Shown: positions 8,753 to 18,607, numbered from the stretch's first letter. The stretch: 64,000 nt of DNA from a virus (IMGVR_UViG_3300033994_001334:1-64000); one strand, 5' to 3'. Notes: a model not told the origin generated them from the letters alone. Made by a program: numbers and translations.

Positions 8753-11058
8753 TTTGATGATGACGATAAATCAACGTCACCTTTAACAATATATTTGATA
8801 TTCAATATCACCGAGCTTGTTGTGAAATTTATTACAAAAAACTCCACGGGGGTAAATGAATTAAAGTTTGAGATTGTCATAGAATTAAAATTTGATGCGG
8901 TGTACCAAAATACCTCATTATATGGGACTAATCCCGTTAAATTCGCACCAAGTAAATACGCGTCAGATATTGTTATCTTTCCGTCTTTGTTAATATCACC
9001 ACTCTTCATTCTTTGTCCACTTGTTAAAACTAAACCCGGACTTAATAAAGTTGGTACATTCTCGTTTTGAGATTCATTAAATACTAAATTAAAATCAGTA
9101 TTATTAACAACTCCCGTATATGTTGGAACTACTTTATATGTGGAATTATAAGTGGTCGGGTTTAATGTAAACGTTCCGGTTACACCAACGGTAACAGTTT
9201 GTAGAAGAGTCTCCGTAGTACCAACAACCAAATATAATTTAACCTGTGGTCTCGTAGATAGTCCAGATGGGATTGTAATTGTACCACTAATTGTTTCTGT
9301 TATAATTGACACCGTACCATTACTACTATACGCAAATCCACATGTACCACTTTGTAATTGTGCTCTGAATAATGTCTTTGAGGTAATATTAGTATAACTA
9401 TATGTTGATGCGGTATTTGTTATATCTATCCAATTGACACCGTCATTAGTTGACCTTTGCCATTTAACAATTGTACCACTATAACTACTTAATGTTAATG
9501 TACCTGAGTTTGTTGTACTTGTGTGAGTTGAGGATGACACACCACCACCAACAGGAGGTGTTCCCGATGTTACCGTAATTGTTTTTGAACTTGAGTTAAC
9601 CGCACTACCACAACTCGGTGTTTGTACCTCAACACGGTAGTAATATGTACCAGCCGAACTAATTGTTTCTGTTAAACTTGTTGTTGTGTTAGAGATATTA
9701 GTCCAATTCACATTGTCCGTTGAACGTTGCCATTTATTCACATTACCCTGTTGACCTGATAATGTTAATTCAACTTGACCACCCGCACATATAGAATTGT
9801 TTGCCGCAAATACTGTTCCCGATTTAGTTGGTTTTACGGTAACGTAAACACTTGAAGTTGCTAAACCTGAACAACTAACCGGACTTGATGAATTAACAAT
9901 TGCTCTGTAATATGTTGTTTTTGTTAAATTAGTTACCGTTATACTTGATGATGTACTCGAAATAGTAGTACCAGCAGTGAAAAAGTTATCAAAAGAAGAT
10001 TCCCATCTAACAACACTTCCAGTATAACTATTAAGAGTTAATGTTGTACTATTTGAACCCGAACAAACATTAATATTACCCCCACTAATAAACCCACTTG
10101 ATGCACCATTAATTTCTATGTTTCTTGTCAATATCGTTGTACTTGTTGTGATGTCTCCCGGCATGTCACCGTATTCACAAAGATAACCATTTAAGTTTGT
10201 ATTAGGTAAGTCATTCCATTGACCCGAATTTGCGGAATAAAATTGACCATAATGTTCACCACCCGAGTTGTTTGGTTCACCACCGGCCCATTTTGCATAT
10301 TGACCCGATACCGTGGTTGGACCTGAACCCCAATTACCATTTGAAAAGTTTGTTCCTTTTTCAGGTCCTGAAATCCAATGCCATTTACCTTCAACCGCCG
10401 ATTGATTAGTAAATGCCGTAGTTCCCTTGGCTGCGTTAACTAAACTTACTTCATCTGATGCACCAAACCAACAATCACTTGCCATCAAGCGCCAAACGAA
10501 ATTATTTTCGGCCTCAGAAGACATTGTTGCTAAATAACCGGCCCTACCAAAATAAGATTTAGTTTGGGCGGCAGTTACTGAATTTGTAAAAGTAATACTA
10601 CCTGAAACATATTCATAAAAGTGTTCCGTTAGAGGGTTATAGAATACAGTACCCGCAACAAATGTGATTCTTCTTTGTAATGCATAACAGGTAGATGTGG
10701 TTGACCTAAATTCAACCCCTCTTAGGATGGTTTCCCAATTTGATGCGGTGGTTGTACCATTAAAAACTAACACACCTGTGGTGTTATTAAATGTTGAAAC
10801 ACTAATACCCGAAGGTAATGTTGCGGTTGACCTTAATTGGTCACCGTTAGTACCACTTATATAACTCTGAGATATTTGAACTCTAAAACCTGTAATTGTT
10901 CCATTTGCGGTTAAAGTAACATTTGGGTCAACTTTTGTCCAAGTGTTGTGACTGACAGATAGTTTACCTGTACTTGATGTTCCAAGACTAACGGATGTTG
11001 ATTGTGAAAAACCTAAGACAGGTAATAATAAAAATAACACATATATTAGTTTTCTCAT
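8749..11058 (-). CDS. secreted C-type-lectin-domain protein with Ig-like/Cys-containing repeats and a dockerin-like Ca motif
   Basis: Signal peptide MRKLIYVLFLLLPVLGFSQ. C-type lectin core WHWISGPEKGT…WAGGEPNN…WNDLP…GYLCEY. Repeated …SCG/…TCGFAY modules. DINKDGKITISD. Confidence 0.6.
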   Translation of the reverse strand: MRKLIYVLFLLLPVLGFSQSTSVSLGTSSTGKLSVSHNTWTKVDPNVTLTANGTITGFRVQISQSYISGTNGDQLRSTATLPSGISVSTFNNTTGVLVFNGTTTASNWETILRGVEFRSTTSTCYALQRRITFVAGTVFYNPLTEHFYEYVSGSITFTNSVTAAQTKSYFGRAGYLATMSSEAENNFVWRLMASDCWFGASDEVSLVNAAKGTTAFTNQSAVEGKWHWISGPEKGTNFSNGNWGSGPTTVSGQYAKWAGGEPNNSGGEHYGQFYSANSGQWNDLPNTNLNGYLCEYGDMPGDITTSTTILTRNIEINGASSGFISGGNINVCSGSNSTTLTLNSYTGSVVRWESSFDNFFTAGTTISSTSSSITVTNLTKTTYYRAIVNSSSPVSCSGLATSSVYVTVKPTKSGTVFAANNSICAGGQVELTLSGQQGNVNKWQRSTDNVNWTNISNTTTSLTETISSAGTYYYRVEVQTPSCGSAVNSSSKTITVTSGTPPVGGGVSSSTHTSTTNSGTLTLSSYSGTIVKWQRSTNDGVNWIDITNTASTYSYTNITSKTLFRAQLQSGTCGFAYSSNGTVSIITETISGTITIPSGLSTRPQVKLYLVVGTTETLLQTVTVGVTGTFTLNPTTYNSTYKVVPTYTGVVNNTDFNLVFNESQNENVPTLLSPGLVLTSGQRMKSGDINKDGKITISDAYLLGANLTGLVPYNEVFWYTASNFNSMTISNFNSFTPVEFFVINFTTSSVILNIKYIVKGDVDLSSSSN

Positions 11059-12761
11059 AAATTTACTTTACTACCAATTAAAAAGAATGACAAAATTGGA
11101 AATTGAGGATTCGTACTCAAATTCGCTTTATAGTTTACATTTACTTTAAATCTTTTTGATACTTGATAATCAAAACCACTACCAATAAATCCACTAAAAT
11201 ATCTATCTGAAACGGTAACCTTTTCTTTTGTTGAATAAACTAATGGAGTTGATATTATATAAATTTCGGGAGATATTATTAATTTTTTATTTACTTTTAT
11301 TGGTCTTGTATAAAATGCCGTTATCGATGGTGAATAGTAACCACTTTTATCGGTTGCAATTACTGTTGCCGCCGCACTTACATTAAATCCGGTTATACCG
11401 TATTTTCCACCATTTAAAATCCCACTATAACCAACAAAACCTAAAAAATTACCGTATGTATAAACACCGGTTAAATTAACATTATGTACAAATTTTAATT
11501 TTTTACTTTTATTAAAGTGTATTTTGGTGTATCTCGCGGATAGTGCAAATTGTTCAAAATTTAACCATACCATACCCGTAACACCGTAACTTGATAGACC
11601 GGTCATAGATGACCTACTAGTTCCAACATTAATAATTGGGGTATATGATTTATTTAAATTTTGAGCGGATGTTATATCTGACGATACAATAATTGGATTA
11701 CTTCTAGCATTACCACCTGATTTACCGCTTTTACTACCTCCACTACCTGAAGTCCCACCCGAACCATTATCATTGTGTGCATCGTTGTTCATTGTTACGG
11801 TTGTTCCGACCTCTTCACCTTTTTGTGTTTTGGTGTCAGTTCCCGATGTTGTTCCCGAACCTCCATTATTACCGGAATTACCGGATGTGGAACTTCCACT
11901 TCCCGAACCCCCTGTAGAACCTGAACCACTAGAACCTCCGTTATTACCGGAATTACCGGATGAACCACTTCCACTTCCTGAACCTCCATTATTGCCGGAT
12001 GTGGAACTTCCACTTCCCGAACCCCCTGTAGAACCTGAACCACTAGAACCTCCGTTATTACCGGAACCGCCAGATGTACTACTTCCACTTCCTGAACCTA
12101 CAGGTGGCTGAGTCGTTGAACCTCCCCCTTGAGTTGAGTTACCTGAATTTGTAGACCCTCCACCATTTGTTGAAGTTCCACCTCCTTGTGAATTATTTGT
12201 TCCTCCATTTGGGTTACTAGTTCCTGAACTCGATTGGGATTCTCCTCCATTTTGATTTGAAGAAGAACCTGTCGAAGTCCCGTTAGTGTTATTTGAACCA
12301 TTACTTTTTTTCTTATTTGAATTATCATTATTACCCTTATCACCGGCATCATTACTACCAGAACTACTACTTGTTTCTGTATTTGTAGATTGGGGTTGAG
12401 AGGAAGACATAATACTACTAACAATAGATTGTACGGTATTACTAATAATTTGAGTTGTAATTTGATTTTGAGTTACCTGTCCTTGTTGTTGTGAACATGG
12501 TGATATTTTTCTAAAATCAGAATATGATTGGTTTATCCAATTAGCAAATGTGCCATTTGAAACATCGTTAGCATCAAAATTTCCGACTTTACCATAAAAA
12601 ATAATTGTTGTTTTTCCTGATTGTGTTGGTATACTAAATAGTGTAACTTCTTTAGTACATGGGTCAATAAAAGTATAAGTAATTATTTGGGCGTTAGCAT
12701 TTTGTCCGAATGACACGAAACATAAAACAAAAAAAATAATTCTAATTGACTTTAAAAACAT
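11055..12761 (-). CDS. outer-membrane beta-barrel-like protein with a long Ser/Gly/Asn-rich low-complexity linker
   Basis: Signal peptide …FGQNANAQ. About 300 aa of SGSGS/NNGG repeats. C-terminal ~230 aa of alternating hydrophobic beta-strand pattern. Confidence 0.5.
   Translation of the reverse strand: MFLKSIRIIFFVLCFVSFGQNANAQIITYTFIDPCTKEVTLFSIPTQSGKTTIIFYGKVGNFDANDVSNGTFANWINQSYSDFRKISPCSQQQGQVTQNQITTQIISNTVQSIVSSIMSSSQPQSTNTETSSSSGSNDAGDKGNNDNSNKKKSNGSNNTNGTSTGSSSNQNGGESQSSSGTSNPNGGTNNSQGGGTSTNGGGSTNSGNSTQGGGSTTQPPVGSGSGSSTSGGSGNNGGSSGSGSTGGSGSGSSTSGNNGGSGSGSGSSGNSGNNGGSSGSGSTGGSGSGSSTSGNSGNNGGSGTTSGTDTKTQKGEEVGTTVTMNNDAHNDNGSGGTSGSGGSKSGKSGGNARSNPIIVSSDITSAQNLNKSYTPIINVGTSRSSMTGLSSYGVTGMVWLNFEQFALSARYTKIHFNKSKKLKFVHNVNLTGVYTYGNFLGFVGYSGILNGGKYGITGFNVSAAATVIATDKSGYYSPSITAFYTRPIKVNKKLIISPEIYIISTPLVYSTKEKVTVSDRYFSGFIGSGFDYQVSKRFKVNVNYKANLSTNPQFPILSFFLIGSKVNL
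11795..12090. repeat. tandem ~66-bp repeats encoding (GSGSSTSGNSGNNGGSSGSGSTG)n
   Basis: Near-identical DNA units seen at 11.80-12.09 kb. They explain the spurious ORFs on both strands. Confidence 0.55.
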
Positions 12762-12780
12762 ATCAATAATAAATATTAAA

Positions 12781-12812
12781 AAGGGGGTTAATACCCCCTC
12801 TTTATTTTAAAA
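12781..12812. terminator. bidirectional hairpin (AAAGGGGGttaataCCCCCTCTTT)
   Basis: GC stem flanked by A- and T-runs, between convergent or adjacent genes. Confidence 0.4.
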
Positions 12813-12822
12813 AAAATTTTAT

Positions 12823-13602
12823 TTACTTGGGAAAAACTCCCTTTTTAATCATTCTAAGTAATATCCGACTACATGCTATATCTAAAGCTTTTTTAGTACT
12901 GATTCCGATAGTTGATTGGTTAAATTTAACCTCACTTAAATTATCGTCATTTATTAAACTTAGTTCTCTCACGGTCTTAGCTTCCCCTAATCCACTAGCC
13001 GCTATGATTTGACCCGTCTCCGCATCTGTAAATCTTATTTGAAGACCAAGTCTAGTGACCACGGTATTTTTAACACCGTTAGTCATATTAACAGTTTCAT
13101 CTTCACTTATTGAAAAATCATAAACTTCAATTGTAACAAAATAGTGCGCTAATCTAATTTTACCTCTACCGTCTAAAGTATCGGCCGATATTCCAGCTTG
13201 AGATGCTTGGAATTGTTTAACCATTCTGTTCTTAATCTCTGTTTTATCTTCAGTAAATGTGAATCTATTTAGGTTTTCTAAGTATTCTAACACAATGTTA
13301 GCAACACCTAGTCCAACCTTTTTTTCTTTTAATTCTGGATATTGTTCATATACCTCATCATTAATACCAATCTTTAAAATTTGTATTGGTATTTGTTTAC
13401 CATCGTAATTCATTAATGAATCAATATTAACACTAGTTTCAAAAGAAGCTTTATATTGTTCTGTTTGTGTTTTACCTATAGGTTGAGCATTTGCCGATAC
13501 CGATAGTAAAATCATAAATGTAACCCATAGTATGATTGTACCAATAATTATTGTGTACTCTTTTATTTTAGATGCGTTATTCATTGTCTTTAATTTTACC
13601 AC
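12823..13602 (-). CDS. CsgG/LpoB-like periplasmic protein
   Basis: N-terminal signal anchor. GLGVANIVLEYLENLNRFTFTEDKTEIKNRMVKQFQASQAGI resembles CsgG-family motifs. Weak call. Confidence 0.35.
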   Translation of the reverse strand: MVKLKTMNNASKIKEYTIIIGTIILWVTFMILLSVSANAQPIGKTQTEQYKASFETSVNIDSLMNYDGKQIPIQILKIGINDEVYEQYPELKEKKVGLGVANIVLEYLENLNRFTFTEDKTEIKNRMVKQFQASQAGISADTLDGRGKIRLAHYFVTIEVYDFSISEDETVNMTNGVKNTVVTRLGLQIRFTDAETGQIIAASGLGEAKTVRELSLINDDNLSEVKFNQSTIGISTKKALDIACSRILLRMIKKGVFPK

Positions 13603-14149
13603 ATTTTAAACATTCTAATTCACCGTCATTATCTTGGTCACCCCAAACATGTTCACATTGTCTATGTTCAAAATACTCATCAATTATACCGTCTCCGTCT
13701 GTATCATAACCGTCCATTGTTCCGTCTCCATCTTCATCAATTTCAACTTTTTTAATTTCGGTTGTTACCGAATCGGTTATTTGATTGTTTACATTTTCAA
13801 TTGGTAAAACAGACGGAGATGATGGTTTTGGAGAATCTGGAAAATCCGATGTACTAGACAAAGAAGTTCCGTCCTCTTCATCCATTTTTTGTACCAACAT
13901 TTTATCTTTATCGGTATCGCTAAACCAATAATCGATAATTTTACCATATGAACCAATAAATGCTCCTAATAATAACAAAAGTAATTCTTTCCATTCTCCT
14001 GCTATTTCAGATTTAGAAAATATAGCGAAGAACATCCCCCCTATGATAAACATAAATCCACCTAATACTAATGCAGTGATGTACCATCTTCTTTTCATCA
14101 TTGCATTTAACAATTCTTTAAACCCTGTTGGTGTTGTTTGATTACTCAT
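13577..14149 (-). CDS. membrane protein with Asp-rich Ca-binding (DxDxDG) repeats
   Basis: TM helix, then DEDGDGTMDGYDTDGDGIIDE and GDQDNDGELEC. Confidence 0.45.
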   Translation of the reverse strand: MSNQTTPTGFKELLNAMMKRRWYITALVLGGFMFIIGGMFFAIFSKSEIAGEWKELLLLLLGAFIGSYGKIIDYWFSDTDKDKMLVQKMDEEDGTSLSSTSDFPDSPKPSSPSVLPIENVNNQITDSVTTEIKKVEIDEDGDGTMDGYDTDGDGIIDEYFEHRQCEHVWGDQDNDGELECLKCGKIKDNE

Positions 14150-14172
14150 ATTTTTTTGTTTTTTTTAGTTTA

Positions 14173-14517
14173 TTACCATTTAGGTACTTCTTCTTTAAAT
14201 TCATCACCTTCTTTTTTCTTAGGTTTTGGTGATTCACTTTTTGCTGGTACTTCTTTTTCAATAACTCTTTCTTTAATTATTGTATTTGTACCACCACCGT
14301 TTGATTGTTGACTAGCATTACTGTTAGTAATATTAATAACAGGTGCCACTTGTTGTGTTGGAGCACTTTCTTTTACTTCCTCACCACCATTAAAAAAGGT
14401 AGTGGTTAACCAACCACCACCAGCCAAAATGGCCGTTGATAATGTTCCGATTAATGTTTTCTTTAATCCTGACCAAGTTCCATCATTGGTTTCAGGTGCG
14501 TTTGTTTCTTCACTCAT
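14173..14517 (-). CDS. hypothetical membrane protein
   Basis: 114-aa ORF with one TM segment. Confidence 0.4.
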   Translation of the reverse strand: MSEETNAPETNDGTWSGLKKTLIGTLSTAILAGGGWLTTTFFNGGEEVKESAPTQQVAPVINITNSNASQQSNGGGTNTIIKERVIEKEVPAKSESPKPKKKEGDEFKEEVPKW

Positions 14518-14521
14518 AGTT

Positions 14522-16420
14522 TTAGACTTTTACGAATTGTTTTGTTATTTGTTTTTGTTTATTGTTTAGTATCAAGAAATAATTACCATTATCTGATGCT
14601 GTCATATCGATTTGTTTGTACGAAACATTTGTCATACCGTTACCCGATATCTCACCTACAGTTTTAATTAATCTTCCTTGTGTATCATAAATACTTGCAA
14701 ATACAGACATATTTACGTCTGGAAACTTAACTTCAACTTCAAACCAACCGGTTGTTGGATTTGGTCTAATTAATGCGGTGATTTCTGTAATATCTAAACC
14801 AGAATTTGGTGACATTTTAAACATTAATGTTGTAACTTGACTTGTTAAAGCAATGTTATAATGGTCACCATTATTATCCGAAGCGTCCATTAATTTTCTT
14901 ACATATATGTTAGTCACAACATCGTTAGTACCGATAGGTGAGAATTTAAGTTTGAATGGTGTTGATGAACCAATAAGTGCTCCGCTAGTTTGGTTATTCA
15001 TACCACCAAATCTAACAGTACCATTTTGTTCATCATGAGTTACATATTGTAACCATGGGGTTTCTCCAAAATTAGATACGATTTCTTCAAATTTAACTTT
15101 TGTGTTATCGTATTTCATTTCAAATTGTAATCCATAAGCCATGTCACCATTTGTATTCACATTAAATGGAACATAAAGAGGTTGACCTGTTGGTGCATTT
15201 AGATTAGGAATAGTAACATCAAATTTACCTTTATAAATTGCTCTTACTATTGGACTACCAAACGCATCTAAAACTGGAGATGAATATGTTCTATCAACGT
15301 CACCTAATATATAATATTTGATATCTACGTTAATATTCGAAGTACCGACACTATCGTAAATGTAATTATTTCCGTTTACGTGGTTTGCCCATAGTGACCA
15401 TTGATTTGTACTTAAAACAAGTGAATCATAATCAGATTTACTCATTGCGTTAATTACAAAAGACGTATCTATTTTCTTTAAACCTGAAACCGATGCATAT
15501 ATTGAATATGGGTCACCACCATCAAGTTTTCCGTTTTTATTTATGTCACCAATTAAATACGATAAACCAAATTTTAAATATGAACGACTAAATGATTGGT
15601 TTACGTCTGTTTGAGTGTACTCATCATAAGTTTTTACCGCATCTGATATTGTAACGGCATAATCTCTAATTTGAGCCAAACTATCTGTTGGGAATCTAAG
15701 TTCAAGTTTATATTTTGTATTTTTATCTACATTAATTAATGTATAGTTACCTGTAGCGTCACATTGTGCTTCTGAAATAAATGCTCCCGTTGATGCTTTA
15801 GTACAGATAACTTTTGGTAATATGGTCATTGAAGGACCCAACCAAACTTTACCTGATATCACTAAGTTACCCATTAATTCGATGTGCATCTTTTGGTAAT
15901 CTAATGTTGCCACATTATCACCGATTGTTGTACCATCAAGCTTAAACATTCTAGCCCAGTTTACTGTGATACTGTCTGCCGCAAAATTTGGTACAACATT
16001 GTTAATGATAAATTTATTGTGGACGATATATCCATTAGTTGTTATTTTAGAACCACTCGAAAGAACTAAGTAATTTCTACCTACAGTCCAATTAGTATCT
16101 GAAGTGTAATTATAAATTCCCGTTGATGAATTATAAGAATCGTATTTGTAGTTATCGAATTTTTTAAACGATACAGCAGGTGTCATTGTACTAATACCGG
16201 CATCCACAGTTGTAGACAAATAACTGAACAATTGTTTCTTAAATTGAAAATCAATTTGAAACGTTCTAATGTCTTTAGATGTGTCTGGTTTATAGTAATA
16301 AGCGACATCTAATGTGTCACCTCTTCTTACGGTTGACATTTGTTGGAAGTGTCCAATTCCTTGAGCGAAAACACCTGCGGACATAAATGCAGATGTGATT
16401 AAAATTAGGATTTTTTTCAT
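14522..16420 (-). CDS. secreted protein with a T9SS C-terminal sorting domain
   Basis: Signal peptide MKKILILITSAFMSAGVFAQ. C-terminus …GNYFLILNNKQKQITKQFVKV is typical of type-A Por_Secre_tail. Confidence 0.6.
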   Translation of the reverse strand: MKKILILITSAFMSAGVFAQGIGHFQQMSTVRRGDTLDVAYYYKPDTSKDIRTFQIDFQFKKQLFSYLSTTVDAGISTMTPAVSFKKFDNYKYDSYNSSTGIYNYTSDTNWTVGRNYLVLSSGSKITTNGYIVHNKFIINNVVPNFAADSITVNWARMFKLDGTTIGDNVATLDYQKMHIELMGNLVISGKVWLGPSMTILPKVICTKASTGAFISEAQCDATGNYTLINVDKNTKYKLELRFPTDSLAQIRDYAVTISDAVKTYDEYTQTDVNQSFSRSYLKFGLSYLIGDINKNGKLDGGDPYSIYASVSGLKKIDTSFVINAMSKSDYDSLVLSTNQWSLWANHVNGNNYIYDSVGTSNINVDIKYYILGDVDRTYSSPVLDAFGSPIVRAIYKGKFDVTIPNLNAPTGQPLYVPFNVNTNGDMAYGLQFEMKYDNTKVKFEEIVSNFGETPWLQYVTHDEQNGTVRFGGMNNQTSGALIGSSTPFKLKFSPIGTNDVVTNIYVRKLMDASDNNGDHYNIALTSQVTTLMFKMSPNSGLDITEITALIRPNPTTGWFEVEVKFPDVNMSVFASIYDTQGRLIKTVGEISGNGMTNVSYKQIDMTASDNGNYFLILNNKQKQITKQFVKV

Positions 16421-16917
16421 AGTAAATTATTGATTAGGGTTATTATTGTTTTCTTTATTGCGGAACTTGCCGACTCCTGATTAAATTTACCACCCTCATC
16501 AATAATAATAGTTGATGTTGAGATTTCGGTTGATTTACCTTCAGAAAATTCCTGTTTTATTTTTTTATTTCCTTTATATAGGATACCTTTCATTCTAATA
16601 ACAGTTGTACTCTTATCTTCATGAAAAATACTAAATCCGGAATTGGTGTTAACGATATCAAAAAATATTAATTCTACTCTAATTGAATAATCAGACATAT
16701 CCTTTGAACCGACCAATATGAAACTATCTTGTTCGTTAATGATTTCTTGAACCATATTTTTTACCCCGAAAGCAAGATTTTTATTTCCAGATAAAGAACC
16801 TATTTGGATATTATTGATAACGGTATCTACATATATTTTTGGATTGGTTTGTGCATTCGAATTGACACAAACAATAAAAAATAGTGCAAAGACTAAAAGA
16901 CCTTTGAATTTTTTCAC
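16417..16917 (-). CDS. secreted protein or lipoprotein, hypothetical
   Basis: Signal peptide …FFIVCVNSNAQ. 4-nt overlap with the upstream gene. Confidence 0.45.
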   Translation of the reverse strand: MKKFKGLLVFALFFIVCVNSNAQTNPKIYVDTVINNIQIGSLSGNKNLAFGVKNMVQEIINEQDSFILVGSKDMSDYSIRVELIFFDIVNTNSGFSIFHEDKSTTVIRMKGILYKGNKKIKQEFSEGKSTEISTSTIIIDEGGKFNQESASSAIKKTIITLINNLL

Positions 16918-16944
16918 GGTACGAGTATGTAAAAAGTAGATTGA

Positions 16945-17196
16945 TTATCCTTCTAAAGAATCGTCTTTCTTTTTATGTGAGAACTTATCCAAAGTATCTG
17001 CACCCATACCGATTGCTGTGATAATCATTACGGCGTTCACCAAGTCAGGTGAAGGTTTAATGTCACCATGTGTAAATGAGTTAATCATCATGGTTGAACA
17101 TAGAAATAATGCTCCTAAGAAAGCAATTACTGGTTTGATTGATGTTGAACCTCTCTCGTCTTTAAAAAGGTCAACTATCCAATTTTTAAAATTCAT
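16945..17196 (-). CDS. small membrane protein
   Basis: 83 aa with two hydrophobic helices. Confidence 0.4.
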   Translation of the reverse strand: MNFKNWIVDLFKDERGSTSIKPVIAFLGALFLCSTMMINSFTHGDIKPSPDLVNAVMIITAIGMGADTLDKFSHKKKDDSLEG

Positions 17197-17463
17197 AATT
17201 TTGTAGTTTGTGTTTGGTTTATGTTTGGTTATTAATAAATACCTTGGTTTTTTATTTGGTAACCTTTTATTAAAAAAAGATTTTTAAATTTTTTTTGTGT
17301 TTTTCTTGTTTTTTCAAATACTTATATGTATCTTTGTTAAAAATTTAGAGAATTCAATGAAACGCACTTCACATACAATGTCAATTACAATCTGTTCGAA
17401 ATGGGCAGAGGTGGCTGATTTTTGCATGTCCCGAGGTGTCTTATAAGTTGTATTCTTTAATCA

Positions 17464-17504
17464 ACATATAAAAAACCTCGGGATTGTATCTCGAGGTTTT
17501 TTTG
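17464..17504 (+). terminator. hairpin CCTCGgg…tcTCGAGG + T7
   Basis: Stem plus TTTTTTT immediately before the first tRNA. Confidence 0.45.
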
Positions 17505-17509
17505 TTTAT

Positions 17510-17582
17510 GGGCTGATGGTATAGATGGCTAACACATGACATTTGCAATGTCAAGTCCCGAGTTCGAGGCTCGGTCGGTCCA
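17510..17582 (+). tRNA. tRNA-Ala(TGC)-like, G3:U70 present, D-arm weak
   Basis: Acceptor GGGCTGA/TCGGTCC. Anticodon stem TGACA/TGTCA with loop TTTGCAA. T-arm CCGAG-TTCGAGG-CTCGG. Confidence 0.5.
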
Positions 17583-17587
17583 CAAAC

Positions 17588-17661
17588 GGGATAAAAGCAC
17601 ATTAGGATGTGCAACCACTAGACGGTGGGAGGTATGGGTTCGAATCCCAAATATTCCACCA
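17588..17661 (+). tRNA. tRNA-like with atypical anticodon arm (4-bp CCAC/GTGG stem, 6-nt loop); encodes CCA
   Basis: Acceptor GGGATAA/ATATTCC. D-arm GCAC…GTGC. T-arm TGGG-TTCGAAT-CCCA. No canonical 5+7+5 anticodon arm. Confidence 0.3.
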
Positions 17662-17690
17662 AAGTGTTCTTTGACATATTGGTTTAACAC

Positions 17691-17763
17691 GGTGCGGTAG
17701 CTCAGTTGGTAGAGCACAGGACTGAAAATCCTGGTGTCGGCAGTTCGATTCTGCCCCGCACCA
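17691..17763 (+). tRNA. tRNA-Phe(GAA)
   Basis: GGTGCGG…CCGCACC. Anticodon stem CAGGA/TCCTG, loop CTGAAAA. Confidence 0.85.
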
Positions 17764-17768
17764 CATAT

Positions 17769-17842
17769 GACTTCGTAGCTCAGTTGGTTAGAGCACATCA
17801 CTTTTAATGATGGGGTCGACAGTTCGAATCTGTCCGGGGTCA
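17769..17842 (+). tRNA. tRNA-Lys(TTT)
   Basis: Anticodon stem CATCA/TGATG, loop CTTTTAA. T-arm GACAG-TTCGAAT-CTGTC. Confidence 0.85.
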
Positions 17843-18093
17843 CTTTAAAATTTAAATAACATGAAAAAAGAACAATCGCTGGACGCAATGTAGGCCGTTA
17901 TCGGAGGCTAAAAGAAATATCTGATAAAATTGGAACTAAACATCAAAGAAAACTTAAAAAATTTTCAGATGGGTTCAAAGAGAAATTCAATTTCTTTTTT
18001 AAAGTTAGAAAATCTGGTTTAATTGATTTTTGTGGTGAAAAAATTGAGGTTGAATTTAATGTAAATGGTCCTTGTGGTAGAGAATGTTTTAGA

Positions 18094-18363
18094 ATGTTCG
18101 AAGACGGTCAATTTAGTAAAGGAAAAAACAAAATTGAAACACGTCATCCAAACATTGTTAAAACGGTCATTCAAGGAAAAAAAGGATGGGGTCTTTGGGT
18201 AAATGAATGGTCCGAAGGAATATCCGAAGGTTCATTTACCAAACATGAAATTCTAAATGAATTTGAAATTCGAAACATAAAAATACCGGAATCGTTTAAA
18301 GAAGATTTTGAAAATAGAATTTGGAAAAAAAGAATTAATTATTTTAATAAAAATAAGATATAA
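18094..18363 (+). CDS. hypothetical small protein between tRNA islands
   Basis: 89-aa ORF. The frame is open upstream to 17860 with no ATG. Confidence 0.35.
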   Translation: MFEDGQFSKGKNKIETRHPNIVKTVIQGKKGWGLWVNEWSEGISEGSFTKHEILNEFEIRNIKIPESFKEDFENRIWKKRINYFNKNKI

Positions 18364-18369
18364 ATTCAT

Positions 18370-18443
18370 AGTTTCTTAGCTCAGTTGGTTAGAGCATCTG
18401 GTTTACATCCAGAGGGTCGTAGGTTCGAATCCTACAGGGACTA
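18370..18443 (+). tRNA. tRNA-Val(TAC)
   Basis: Loop TTTACAT. T-arm GTAGG-TTCGAAT-CCTAC. Confidence 0.85.
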
Positions 18444-18452
18444 CTAATATAC

Positions 18453-18523
18453 ACGGGTGTGGTGCAATGGTAGCATACGGGTCTCCAAAACCTTTGATGG
18501 GAGTTCGAATCTCTCCACCCGTG
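18453..18523 (+). tRNA. tRNA-Trp(CCA)
   Basis: Acceptor ACGGGTG/CACCCGT. Loop CTCCAAA. Confidence 0.7.
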
Positions 18524-18528
18524 CTAAT

Positions 18529-18600
18529 GGTTTCTTTGTGTAACGGAGAGCACGTAACGCTACGGACGTTAAAGTAAGGGTTCGAATCCTTTAGGAACTA
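18529..18600 (+). tRNA. tRNA-Arg(ACG)
   Basis: Anticodon stem TAACG/CGTTA, loop CTACGGA. Confidence 0.8.
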
Positions 18601-18607
18601 CAAATAA

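Noticed and set aside
11773-12424. ORFs 11773-12111 (+), 11795-12088 (−) and 12098-12424 (−)
   Set aside because: Products of tandem Ser/Gly repeat DNA read in alternative frames inside the real 11055-12761 gene.
17529-17888. Minus-strand ORF 17529-17888 (119 aa)
   Set aside because: Entirely overlaps three well-formed tRNA genes. Translation is an artefact of the tRNA sequences.
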